Virus record (IMG/VR): IMGVR_UViG_3300045303_000152
Location: 1-64,000 of that record
Direction: 5' to 3' (one strand)
Source: a virus
Length of the DNA: 64,000 bases
In this document: one piece after another, positions 1 to 9,286 of the stretch
Layout: every line of letters starts with the position of its first letter
How positions within the stretch are numbered: position 1 is the first letter of the stretch
Made by a program: the position numbers and the translations under genes
Notes under the pieces: generated by a model
The model's database searches: none
What the model was told of the DNA's origin: nothing
Seen by the model: the letters and a program-made list of their open reading frames with translations, nothing else

Positions 1-44
1 CCGGCGACTACTGCCTGGGTTGGAAAAACTAACGGAGAGCAATC

Positions 45-533
45 ATGGCCACGCCTAATACACCGTCGAATGAGAATACACAGCCAAATGAAACGATTGG
101 AGCAACGTCTGCCAAGCCACGTGGCAAACCGTTCAAGAAGCTCGACCCGCCCAAGCCGGCCAACAAGTACGAGTATGTTCCTAATTGGATCGGCAACAAT
201 CTTGCATTGCTAGCCTGCCTCGTGCTGTTGGTGTTGGTAGTCGATCTCAAGCAGCGCACCATGACCCGGTTGCATGAGGTAGAAGCCAGCCTAAGCCAAC
301 TGATTACGACCATGGATGACAATAACAAGTCGAGCCACATCACCGAAATGGTAGAGATACGCTCGGCCCGCGATCAGATTTTGAAGGCTCGGTCCGATAC
401 TCCGCCACCGGCACCAGCACCGCAGCAAAACAACGGCGCCATCGAAGATAAGATAAAGGTGCTGAGCGTTCAGGTCGAAGACTTGCGCAAGCGTCAAATC
501 AGAACAACAAAGCGCCTTCGCCAAGGTGACTAG
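45..533 (+). CDS. hypothetical membrane protein (one TM helix plus coiled coil)
   Basis: GGAGAG SD upstream; hydrophobic LALLACLVLLVLVV followed by heptad-rich segment. Confidence 0.7.
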   Translation: MATPNTPSNENTQPNETIGATSAKPRGKPFKKLDPPKPANKYEYVPNWIGNNLALLACLVLLVLVVDLKQRTMTRLHEVEASLSQLITTMDDNNKSSHITEMVEIRSARDQILKARSDTPPPAPAPQQNNGAIEDKIKVLSVQVEDLRKRQIRTTKRLRQGD

Positions 534-561
534 TTGGCGTAACAATAAGTGAGGGCTAGCT

Positions 562-1338
562 ATGACGACGAAACCGCGCCACATCTGCCTAGGCTATGAC
601 TCTCGAGAACAAGCAGCGTACAGCGTTGCTCGCAACTCGACCGACAAGTTCAAGCCCGACAACTTCGTTCAGCCAATACATCCATTGGTGCTGGGCGATC
701 TGATCAAGCAAGGGCTGTATACCCGCCCGATTGAATACCGCAAGGTAGAAAAGGGCAGTGGTGTTCAGCTGTACGATCCTATTTCTGAGGCCCCGATGTC
801 GACCGAGTTCGCCATCAGCCGGTTCTTGGCTATGGAGGTAGCTCGAAGGCACCATATTTCGAAGTGGCTGGACGATGGCCATTTAGGCTGGGTCTTGTTC
901 ATGGATTGCGACGTGATGGTGCGTCACTCGCTGGGGCAGCTTTTCAGAACTGTTGAGCTACACCCTGACAAAGCCTTGTTCTGCGTGCATCACAAGCACG
1001 AGCCGCCAGTTGGGCTAAAGATGGATGCTCAGGCTCAGGTGCGCTACGCTCGCAAGAATTGGTCGAGTGTCATGTTGTTCAACCTCGATCATCCCGCCAA
1101 CTGGACCTTGACGGTCGAGCTTATCAACAAGGTACCAGGACGAGATTTGCACAGGTTTTGCTGGCTTGACGACAAGTATATCGGTGAGTTGGATGTTAAG
1201 TGGAATTGGCTGGTTGGCTATTCTGACCCAATCGTTAATCCCTCAATCGTTCACTTTACCGAGGGCGGTCCGTGGTTTGCCGACTACTGCGATGTGCCCT
1301 ATGCCGAGGAATGGCGGAACAATTTATTGTATGGTTAG
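562..1338 (+). CDS. glycosyltransferase, GT-A fold (GT8-like phage family)
   Basis: GYDSRE start motif, STEFAISRFL, DxD motif FMDCD, RKNWSSVMLFN, WNWLVG, HFTEGGPW. Confidence 0.85.
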   Translation: MTTKPRHICLGYDSREQAAYSVARNSTDKFKPDNFVQPIHPLVLGDLIKQGLYTRPIEYRKVEKGSGVQLYDPISEAPMSTEFAISRFLAMEVARRHHISKWLDDGHLGWVLFMDCDVMVRHSLGQLFRTVELHPDKALFCVHHKHEPPVGLKMDAQAQVRYARKNWSSVMLFNLDHPANWTLTVELINKVPGRDLHRFCWLDDKYIGELDVKWNWLVGYSDPIVNPSIVHFTEGGPWFADYCDVPYAEEWRNNLLYG

Positions 1339-1585
1339 CAAGGGTTTGCGCGCCCTGGTCTAACGAAAACCCTTTTGCTAAGGTGGCGTGTTGAGGGTTT
1401 ATCGACTTACGGGGTAACTACTAGATCTGCAAAGCAACTACGTATCCTCTTAACTGAGGGGGAGGAAACTGTGCCTTATCGCATCTACTTTCGCTTGTAA
1501 TAAATCGTACCTTCGATTGTATGTACAAGGTACGGGGTTAAGCGCAAACGTCATCGCCTCAAACTAGACACGCAAGGGGAAAGTT

Positions 1586-3583
1586 ATGCAAGAGTTCGCA
1601 TCAGCCAACGTCGTTACAGCAATGCAGCAGTTGCCAACCATTCTTCAACAAGTAATTCACAAAACACGATACGCTCGCTGGAATGACGAACTGGGCCGGC
1701 GCGAGAATTGGTACGAGACGGTCGCCCGCTACTGCAACTTCTTTCAAAAGCACATCAAGAACAAGTTCGATTGCGACCTGGGCACGATACACAACCCCAG
1801 CACGCCCCTTGGGCAAGCTTTCCACGCCATCTACACCCTTCAAGCCATGCCGAGCATGCGCTGCTTCATGTCAGCCGGCCCAGCTCTCGAGGCTGAGGCA
1901 TTCTTTGGTTTCAATTGTACCTATCGCGCCGTCAACGACGTGCGGGCCTTCGATGAGATCCTCTACGTCCTCATGTGCGCATGCGGCGTAGGCTTTTCAG
2001 TAGAGCGGCAATTCGTTGGCCAATTGCCAATGATACCCAAGCGGCTCAAGCCAAGCACAGAGGTAATCGTCGTCGAAGACAGCCGCGAAGGCTGGGCCAA
2101 GGCATTCGCGCGATTGATCGAGCGGCTGTACCAGGGCAACATTCCTAGCTGGGATATCAGCAAGCTTCGCCCAGCCGGCGCTCGGCTGAAGACTACCGGC
2201 GGGTATTCAAGTGGGCCTGCCCCGTTGGTCGATCTGTTCAAGTTCACCGTCCACACGTTCGAGCAAGCCAAGAGCCGCCGCCTCAACTCCCTCGAATGCC
2301 ACGACATAGTATGCAAGATTGGTGATATTGTCGTCGTGGGCGGCGTGCGCCGTGCAGCGCTGATCTCACTCAGCAACCCGAGCGATATGCGGTTGCGCCA
2401 CGCCAAGATGGGTGATTGGCATCACACGACCCCTTGGCGAGCTTTGGCCAACAACTCCGCATGCTATACCGAGCGACCGACGACTGGCGCCTTTATGAAC
2501 GAATGGCTCGCACTCTATGACAGCAAGTCGGGCGAGCGGGGTATCGTCAATCGCGAGGCGCTGATTAACAAGAGTAGGAATATTGGCCGCCGCGTGCATT
2601 GGGATGATTTTGCCGATACCGAGGCTGAGGATACCATCGACTTCGGCGTGAACCCCTGCTCAGAAATCATTTTGCGCTCGCAGCAAACCTGCAACCTGAG
2701 CGAAGGCATTGTACGCGCCAACGACACCATACAGACTTTAGTGTGGAAGGCCCAAATCGCATCTATGCTCGGCACGTGGCAGGCGACGTTGAGCGACTAC
2801 GGCTATGTAGGCCCCGACTGGAAAAAGAATGCTGAGGAGGAGCGGTTGCTGGGCGTAAGCCTTACCGGCATCATGGATAACCCGATACTCTCGCATCGGC
2901 ATCACCCGCACTTCGAGTCCACCCTTGTCGCCATGCGGGCAGCCGCCAGTAAGACCAACCACGATTGGAGTAGCAAGCTCGGCATCAACTCTGCCGCTGC
3001 CGTTACCTGCGTCAAGCCGAGCGGCACCGTCAGTCAGCTTGTCGATAGCAGCAGCGGCATCCACTCGCGCCATGCGCCCAAGTATATTCGCCGCGTCACG
3101 ATGGATAACCATAACCCGATCTGTCAGTTTATGAAGGATTGTGGCCTGCCCAACGAGCCAAGCGCTTACAAGCCACACGTGAACACGATATTCTCATTTC
3201 CTGTACGGGCGCCTAACACCAACGAGAGGTTATTCAACCGCTCGGCCATCGAGCAGTTGGAGCATTGGCATGCCATCAATAGTGTTTGGGCAGAACACAG
3301 TGTAAGCTGCACGATCACAGCGGGTGAGGATGAGTGGCCGCAAGTCGGTGGCTGGGTGTGGCAGCACTTCGATGAGATTTCGGGCGTGAGCTTTCTGCCC
3401 AAGTCGAACTCGGTTTACCGGCAGATGCCCTACGAGGCTTGCGACGAGGCTACTCTCAAAAAGCTCGAAGCCCAAATGCCATCAACCATTGACTGGGACA
3501 AGCTAAAGAGCTACGAAGCTGTGGACACGACCGAAAACAGCCAGCAGCTCGCCTGCACCGGCGACAAGTGTGAGATGATCTGA
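1586..3583 (+). CDS. nrdJ: ribonucleotide reductase class II (adenosylcobalamin-dependent, monomeric RTPR type)
   Basis: FNC, VVVGGVRRAALI, NPCSEI active-site motif, TCVKPSGTVSQL, C-terminal CxxxxC; no beta-subunit gene adjacent. Confidence 0.93.
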   Translation: MQEFASANVVTAMQQLPTILQQVIHKTRYARWNDELGRRENWYETVARYCNFFQKHIKNKFDCDLGTIHNPSTPLGQAFHAIYTLQAMPSMRCFMSAGPALEAEAFFGFNCTYRAVNDVRAFDEILYVLMCACGVGFSVERQFVGQLPMIPKRLKPSTEVIVVEDSREGWAKAFARLIERLYQGNIPSWDISKLRPAGARLKTTGGYSSGPAPLVDLFKFTVHTFEQAKSRRLNSLECHDIVCKIGDIVVVGGVRRAALISLSNPSDMRLRHAKMGDWHHTTPWRALANNSACYTERPTTGAFMNEWLALYDSKSGERGIVNREALINKSRNIGRRVHWDDFADTEAEDTIDFGVNPCSEIILRSQQTCNLSEGIVRANDTIQTLVWKAQIASMLGTWQATLSDYGYVGPDWKKNAEEERLLGVSLTGIMDNPILSHRHHPHFESTLVAMRAAASKTNHDWSSKLGINSAAAVTCVKPSGTVSQLVDSSSGIHSRHAPKYIRRVTMDNHNPICQFMKDCGLPNEPSAYKPHVNTIFSFPVRAPNTNERLFNRSAIEQLEHWHAINSVWAEHSVSCTITAGEDEWPQVGGWVWQHFDEISGVSFLPKSNSVYRQMPYEACDEATLKKLEAQMPSTIDWDKLKSYEAVDTTENSQQLACTGDKCEMI

Positions 3584-4258
3584 ATGACCTGGGCATTGGT
3601 ATTGGGTGGGGCTGCAAATGTGTTCGAGGATGCTGATCGTGCAATCAGCCTCTTCGGGCAGCCCGACTTGGTTGTCGGTGTCAAAGACATTTGGATCACC
3701 TACCCTACCATGCACCATGTCGTTACCTTCCACATCGACAGAATACCCTTTGAGCTTGAGAAACGTCAGAAGCTGGGCTACGCCAACCCGTTAGCATTTT
3801 GGACCTACAACGGCGTGCGTTGCCCTCGCATGCGTATTGAGATAAAAACCCTCAAGGTGCGTGGTGGCTCAAGCGGCTTGCTCGGTGCCCTGGTCGGCAA
3901 GACTGTAGCCGACAAGGCGATACTCGCCGGCATTCCGCTTGACCCCAACATGCCTCACTTCCATAGCCGGCGACGTAACAAGCCGTGGGCAGAGGCTAAG
4001 CACTACCGGCATCATTGGAGTAATTATATGAAAGACCTTAAAGGCAACGTCATGTCAATGTCGGGCTACACCAAGGAACTACTGGGTGAACCAACATTAG
4101 AGTGGATGAGCTATGGACACCGCCCCCGTGTCGTACACGATACCACCCCAAGCAAAGCGGCCACGAGCGAAGCAGATCATCAAAGAGACACTGGCAAAGT
4201 ACGATGTGCCAATATGGATGGTCTACAACAACCCCAAAATACGGCCGCCCCTGGCTAA
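3584..4258 (+). CDS. Rossmann-like protein (DUF115/Maf-like sugar-transferase-related phage family); C-terminal ~45 aa probably a run-on extension
   Basis: ALVLGGA glycine loop, GGSSGLLGA and AILAGIPLD motifs typical of this phage family. Confidence 0.5.
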   Translation: MTWALVLGGAANVFEDADRAISLFGQPDLVVGVKDIWITYPTMHHVVTFHIDRIPFELEKRQKLGYANPLAFWTYNGVRCPRMRIEIKTLKVRGGSSGLLGALVGKTVADKAILAGIPLDPNMPHFHSRRRNKPWAEAKHYRHHWSNYMKDLKGNVMSMSGYTKELLGEPTLEWMSYGHRPRVVHDTTPSKAATSEADHQRDTGKVRCANMDGLQQPQNTAAPG

Positions 4259-4511
4259 GCAAGCCGTGCAGGAAATTTGTGGTCGTCTGTTTGTAGAGCT
4301 TGGGTATAGTATGGCAGTGATTAGCCAATGCACTGCTTGTACTGAAGCATCAACCAGAAGACAGGTTAGGGAATATGTCAACGCTCACGGCGATCCGCAA
4401 GCTCACGCCCAGCCAGCACGACGACTTGAACAGGTTGCAGAAGCTGCACGCAAAGCAGGAACGGCTACTATCACAGCACTTCCTGATGGCGATGGGCAAG
4501 CTAACGAATAA
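4113..4511 (+). CDS. helix-turn-helix protein resembling the DnaA C-terminal domain
   Basis: IIKETLAKYDV...AVQEICGRLFVELGYSMAVISQ pattern; overlaps both neighbours. Confidence 0.5.
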   Translation: MDTAPVSYTIPPQAKRPRAKQIIKETLAKYDVPIWMVYNNPKIRPPLAKQAVQEICGRLFVELGYSMAVISQCTACTEASTRRQVREYVNAHGDPQAHAQPARRLEQVAEAARKAGTATITALPDGDGQANE

Positions 4512-5352
4512 AACCAGCATCGACCAAATCGCCTATCTACTACGAGCCGGCAACATCAACGGCGTTACTAATCTCGTCGACGACGCCATTGAGAAATTCA
4601 GCAACGTGCTTGGCGCCGTGCTGGCTCTGGCTGGTCACAACGAAGCGAGTGTTTGGGCTAAGAAGTTCCACAGGCTAGGCAAGTCGGCTGGCTTTTTGGA
4701 TTTCACTGATCGCCGTGTTGCCACCGCTATCGCCAGCAACAAGTTCAATTTCACCACCAATCTCATGCGGCAACAGCACAACTTGGTGCGGCTCGCGCTA
4801 ATCAACGAGCTGCGAGGCGATGCGACATATGAGCAGATCGCCACCCGGTTCACGCATATGGTCGGCTTGACAGATCAGCAGTACAAATCTGTTGGCGTGT
4901 ATCGGCGCGCGCTGCAAGCTCAGCGCATTCAAAACCAGACAGAAGTCGATCCCGTCGAAATCGTGAAGGTCGATGATAGCGTTGACGTGCTCTCTCCCTT
5001 CATGATCGACCGTATGGTCAATCAGTACGCACAAGTCCAACGCAAAGCCCGAGCCGATACCATCGCCGCGACCGATGGCTTGAAGCTGATAAACCAGGGT
5101 AGATACCTCGCCGTGAGCCAAGCAATGGACTCTACTGGCGCCAACGGTACCAAGACATGGCTGCACACGACTTCAGCCGAGCCTCGAGAAACTCACCTCG
5201 ATACGGTGGGCACAACTATAGACATTGACGAGCCATTTGATGTTGGCGGGGTATCAATGCTATACCCTGGAGACCAAAGCTTAGGCGCCGGGCCAGAGGA
5301 TGTAATAAACTGCAAGTGTGGAGTATCTTACGACTTGCAACCAGGAGACTAA
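4375..5352 (+). CDS. phage minor head protein (MuF/SPP1 gp7-like)
   Basis: C-terminal KTW...R.TH...PFDVGG..MLYPGD...GPEDVINCKC signature. Confidence 0.85.
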   Translation: MSTLTAIRKLTPSQHDDLNRLQKLHAKQERLLSQHFLMAMGKLTNKTSIDQIAYLLRAGNINGVTNLVDDAIEKFSNVLGAVLALAGHNEASVWAKKFHRLGKSAGFLDFTDRRVATAIASNKFNFTTNLMRQQHNLVRLALINELRGDATYEQIATRFTHMVGLTDQQYKSVGVYRRALQAQRIQNQTEVDPVEIVKVDDSVDVLSPFMIDRMVNQYAQVQRKARADTIAATDGLKLINQGRYLAVSQAMDSTGANGTKTWLHTTSAEPRETHLDTVGTTIDIDEPFDVGGVSMLYPGDQSLGAGPEDVINCKCGVSYDLQPGD

Positions 5353-5354
5353 CA

Positions 5355-5567
5355 ATGCCGCACAGACAGCTTTTCAAGAAGGTAGACAACAAAGCTGTTG
5401 GCATGATTGTTCTGTGCCTAGCTATAACGATTATGACCTTCTTCATTACGGTTGCGATGATTAGCTCAAGCATTTTCACAATGCGTAAGGAACTGATGAC
5501 TATTCACCACCGCCTGCTAGAAATAGAGAAATTCAACATCGAGCACCGCCTACTGGAAAAGAAGTGA
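5355..5567 (+). CDS. small membrane protein (possible holin or lysis accessory)
   Basis: AGGAG SD before ATG 5355; one long hydrophobic helix; lies upstream of the lysin. Confidence 0.55.
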   Translation: MPHRQLFKKVDNKAVGMIVLCLAITIMTFFITVAMISSSIFTMRKELMTIHHRLLEIEKFNIEHRLLEKK

Positions 5568-5592
5568 CGTAATCAACAGGGGAACTAGGGTC

Positions 5593-5904
5593 ATGTCAAG
5601 CTGGTGGAGAATTTACTGTGAGAACCACGGCATCACTATCACCGAAGGCAATAGCTGGGCGAAGATTGCCGCAGCTCACTTCAATGCAACTGACAATGCA
5701 TGCTCACACCCGAAACGCCTCGCTCTACTGGTTAGTTCAGCTGGCTCTCCGGGTTTACCTGCTCCGCCTGATGACGGCGTTAGTGCTGGTATTCTTGGGT
5801 ATGGTTGGACTCGCCAGCTTGCTGAAGATGACGTAGACACTGGCTTGCAATCGTCTAGCGCACGCACACTTGCCCTTGTCGGCGGGCGCGCACCTTTGAC
5901 CTAG
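5593..5904 (+). CDS. hypothetical protein
   Basis: ORF with GGGG/AGGG SD in an otherwise co-oriented gene run. Confidence 0.6.
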   Translation: MSSWWRIYCENHGITITEGNSWAKIAAAHFNATDNACSHPKRLALLVSSAGSPGLPAPPDDGVSAGILGYGWTRQLAEDDVDTGLQSSSARTLALVGGRAPLT

Positions 5905-5976
5905 CCGGTCCTATTTGGCTGTGCTATATAGCCTGCGCGCTTAGTTATAGGGAACCAACCTCAAGGGGTTAATAGC

Positions 5977-7281
5977 ATGACCGAACTAATTCCTGCCCCG
6001 CTGAAAACCATGCGGGACATTACTGGTACCCTGGAAGAGCCGGGGTCAGGTGACAATCCAGTAATCCTTGGCTGGGCCGACGAGATCGCTCAGCGCTTTC
6101 CTAACATGCGTTTGTACTGCGCACAGTACACCCACGACAGCATTCCATGGTGTGGGCTCACCGTCGGCTACTGCATGGCTCACAACGGCATCGAACCCGT
6201 TTTCGGCCCGAGCGATACCGACAAGTTTCTCTGGGCTCGAGCCTGGGAGCAATTCGGTACCGAGCGTGAGGGTGAGCCGCAATTGGGCGACGTGCTCGTT
6301 TTCCCCGGCCACGTCACCATGTACGATGGCCGGGAGGGTGATTACTACTTGTGCCGTGGCGGCAATCAGTCAGATAGCGTTCGCGTATCCCACATGCCGG
6401 CCGGCAGCGTGATCGCCGTGCGGGTGCCCCCTGGACCGACCTCAGTGCATGTACCGGCACAGAAGCCAGCACCAATCAAGATCAGCAGCAAGCCACGCTT
6501 CACTAACATCGTCGCTACTGTGTTCGGCGGTGCTGATGATCCCAACACCAGTGCTTATGACAATCACACCATCGACGATGACGAGTTGGGTGTAGCTCTG
6601 CCGGCGCGCTTCTCAGGCACTCGGCCTCGCGTGCGTGTGTTCAACGGCAGCCGCAGCGTCGATTGTACCATCGTGGACGTTGGGCCGTGGAACACCAACG
6701 ACAAGTACTGGGAGCACAATGCTCGACCCCAAGCAGAAAGTGGACGTGACCAAACTGGTCGCTCGACCAACCGGGCCGGCATCGACTTGACCCCGGCCGC
6801 CGCCTTCGCGCTTGGCATCAACGGGAAAGGCATAGTAGATTGGATGTTCATCCCAGCCGCTACGACTAACGAAGCGAAGGAAGAAGCTGTCGTTCGCGAC
6901 TCCTCTCGCAAAATGCAGCTGTTCGCCAATGTCCGCGCATTCATGAAAGCGGTGATTGCTGCCGTTGGTGGCGTGTTCACGATGGATAACTTTGGCCTGC
7001 TCAACTCCTGGCTGGGCATTGGTCAAGGCGCTGTGCCGATCACTACGCTGCTTGTTCTCGCAGCGGCCGGTGTCGGCGTATGGGTACTGGTGAACGTGCT
7101 GGACAAGATGTCGATGGAAGACTTCAAGGCCGGTCGCTGGATGCCCAGCGAGCTTGCCAAGGGCAACCCCATCGACGTGGCCAATCCGGTACCGGCTGGG
7201 CCAGTCAAGCCAGCTACGCAGCCAGAACCTTCAGCAGACGGCACCCCCGTACCGGAGTCGCCCAATGCGAGCACTACTTGA
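5977..7281 (+). CDS. endolysin: N-terminal TIGR02594/CHAP-like peptidase, RlpA-like double-psi beta-barrel, C-terminal TM helices
   Basis: PWCG, GHV and GGNQSD in the N-domain; IVDVGPW and IDLTPAAA in the second domain; two hydrophobic segments near the C-terminus. Confidence 0.8.
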   Translation: MTELIPAPLKTMRDITGTLEEPGSGDNPVILGWADEIAQRFPNMRLYCAQYTHDSIPWCGLTVGYCMAHNGIEPVFGPSDTDKFLWARAWEQFGTEREGEPQLGDVLVFPGHVTMYDGREGDYYLCRGGNQSDSVRVSHMPAGSVIAVRVPPGPTSVHVPAQKPAPIKISSKPRFTNIVATVFGGADDPNTSAYDNHTIDDDELGVALPARFSGTRPRVRVFNGSRSVDCTIVDVGPWNTNDKYWEHNARPQAESGRDQTGRSTNRAGIDLTPAAAFALGINGKGIVDWMFIPAATTNEAKEEAVVRDSSRKMQLFANVRAFMKAVIAAVGGVFTMDNFGLLNSWLGIGQGAVPITTLLVLAAAGVGVWVLVNVLDKMSMEDFKAGRWMPSELAKGNPIDVANPVPAGPVKPATQPEPSADGTPVPESPNASTT

Positions 7282-7666
7282 ACATTGGGCCGGCTGGCTA
7301 GGTCTCGGAGCAACGTTCGCCTCGTTGGCGGCGTTGCTGGCCGGCGCATCGTGGATACCCGGCGTTGGGCTTGCGCTGCGTATCGCCATCGCCGGTCTCG
7401 AGGCTATATCGCCGCTGATCAATGGGTTCTTTGCCGCAATCGTTTGGGTATGGGCAAAGGTACTCTGGCCCGGCGCGCTGAACATCATGTCGCAGTGGTC
7501 CAGCATCTTCACTGTGATAATCATGGGCGCCGTGCTGTGGGTTGGTCTAATAGCCCGCTATGAGGCCAAGCTGGTAGCGAAAGGGTATGTAATATCACAG
7601 TGTAAGTCACCAGTTGAAGAGCCCGAGCCCGTGCTCGAACTGCCCTGGCCATTTAACTGGAAGTAA
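7265..7666 (+). CDS. multi-pass membrane protein (holin/spanin candidate)
   Basis: ATG 7265 with GGAG SD overlapping the lysin end; 3-4 hydrophobic helices. Confidence 0.6.
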   Translation: MRALLEHWAGWLGLGATFASLAALLAGASWIPGVGLALRIAIAGLEAISPLINGFFAAIVWVWAKVLWPGALNIMSQWSSIFTVIIMGAVLWVGLIARYEAKLVAKGYVISQCKSPVEEPEPVLELPWPFNWK

Positions 7667-7776
7667 CGACGAGTTACCCAGCTAGTTACTGCCATTCCTG
7701 TGGCTGGGTAAAGGGCCGTAGTCTTCTCCCCCGTAAGGAGGCTACGGCCCAGTTCATATAAACCCCCGAGGCCCCA

Positions 7777-8001
7777 ATGCCCCCACCAATCTATACAGAA
7801 GAACGCATAGCGCAAGCCTTGTGTACGGCCGATGGCTACTCCCCCTACGAGCATCATGTATGGGAAGAAGTTGCCAAAGGCGGCGTCATGCAAGGCCCTC
7901 GCTGGCTGAGCTACGTACCAGAAGCCCGGCGATTTATAGCAGCCTATATCGCTATAACCACGCTGATGGTAGAAATGCAAAGCAACAAGGCACTACGATG
8001 A
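7777..8001 (+). CDS. hypothetical protein
   Basis: GAGG SD; ATGA overlap with the next gene. Confidence 0.65.
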   Translation: MPPPIYTEERIAQALCTADGYSPYEHHVWEEVAKGGVMQGPRWLSYVPEARRFIAAYIAITTLMVEMQSNKALR

Positions 8002-8561
8002 TCCTCCCCGCCCAACAAATCCGCAAGCTCGCTTTTGAAAAGCAAATGATCGTGCCCTTTCTCGAGCGCGGTGTTTCAGCAGGCAAGACCTACGGCTTAG
8101 GCCCTTGCACCTATGACGTGCGCATCAAACAGCGCGTTACCATCTATCCCTGGAACCTTGCTTACCGCTACAGGTTCTACAAAGCTATTGATTGGGTACG
8201 CAGCAGGTTTGGTGAGCCCTTACGCCACGAGCATCTGCGGCTTGGGTTCACGCTGGTCAGCACGATTGAAACCGTGGCGATGCCCGATGACGTTGCTGCC
8301 CATGTAATGGATAAGTCGAGCTGGGCACGTAAAGGGCTTAGCGTCTACAACACCCACTTCGATCCGGGCTTCAAAGGCTACCCAACTCTCGAGCTTGCCA
8401 ATAATGGCAACAAGATAATCGACATACCTGAAGGTATTGCCATCTGCCAATTCAAGTTCGAGTGGCTGACTGAAGCCACCGAGATGCCGTATCGCGGAAA
8501 ATATTCCAATCAACCTGATCGGCCCGTTGAAGCTATCGTGGGTACGGATATTTGGTCATGA
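7998..8561 (+). CDS. dcd: dCTP deaminase / trimeric dUTPase family
   Basis: GPCTYDVR, DKSSWARKGL, DPGFKGYPTLEL, ICQF, YRGKYSNQ; start moved to ATG 7998. Confidence 0.88.
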   Translation: MILPAQQIRKLAFEKQMIVPFLERGVSAGKTYGLGPCTYDVRIKQRVTIYPWNLAYRYRFYKAIDWVRSRFGEPLRHEHLRLGFTLVSTIETVAMPDDVAAHVMDKSSWARKGLSVYNTHFDPGFKGYPTLELANNGNKIIDIPEGIAICQFKFEWLTEATEMPYRGKYSNQPDRPVEAIVGTDIWS

Positions 8562-9025
8562 GATACGTCAGGCCCAACCCCCGAACAAAGTACATTGGGG
8601 CCTATGCGATTAGGCATAAGGACTCTGGTCGTTTGTATGTTGGCGGCTCAACTGATATCACTGGAAGGTATACACATCACAGATTTTGCTTGCGCCGAGG
8701 GACACATAAGTGTAAAAATCTTCAAGTGGCTTGGACTAAGTTTGGTGAAACAGCCTTCGAATTTATAACTCTTGAAAATTGCACGAAGCGTGAGCTACTT
8801 GCTACTGAAGATTGGTGGCATAAACAATATCCAGACTCATTCAACAAAGTTAAAGCAGCTAAAACTGGAGGACAGCGAGGGCCTTCCATAGCACAAAGCA
8901 ATGCAGCTAAACGCCGATGGTCAAATCCTAAGTATCGAGCCAAGCGAGAAGAATGGCTAGCTACCCGAGCACCAGGAGGTCAGTTTGTCAAACGCACCAA
9001 CATCAAAGCCTACCAAAATTTTTAG
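8558..9025 (+). CDS. GIY-YIG homing endonuclease
   Basis: GAYAI...LYVGGS..ITGRY..H, LQVAWTKFGETAFEF; lower GC than neighbours. Confidence 0.85.
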   Translation: MRYVRPNPRTKYIGAYAIRHKDSGRLYVGGSTDITGRYTHHRFCLRRGTHKCKNLQVAWTKFGETAFEFITLENCTKRELLATEDWWHKQYPDSFNKVKAAKTGGQRGPSIAQSNAAKRRWSNPKYRAKREEWLATRAPGGQFVKRTNIKAYQNF

Positions 9026-9035
9026 CGAGCGAGAT

Positions 9036-9284
9036 ATGCAAACATTGTTCCAATCACTTCCTGAGGTTAAAGCTAAATTTCACTATATGGGACTCCATGG
9101 CCATACATCAAGTATGGAAAGTGACTGCAAACGTGCGATATGGAATTTTCTTTCCTACATCACACGAGGCAATCAACCAAGTACCCTAACTGAACTCGCT
9201 TACGCAGCCTATAGAGAAATGGCTGAGTACAGCAGAAAGCATTTTCCTTCTTTAAGCCCAGCCGTGCCCTCACTAAGATTTTAA
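9036..9284 (+). CDS. hypothetical protein
   Basis: fills the gap between co-oriented genes. Confidence 0.5.
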   Translation: MQTLFQSLPEVKAKFHYMGLHGHTSSMESDCKRAIWNFLSYITRGNQPSTLTELAYAAYREMAEYSRKHFPSLSPAVPSLRF

Positions 9285-9286
9285 TC

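Noticed and set aside
1415-1435. Possible NrdR box or cobalamin riboswitch upstream of nrdJ
   Set aside because: ACTAGATCTGC misses the conserved G, there is no second box, and no B12-box motifs are present
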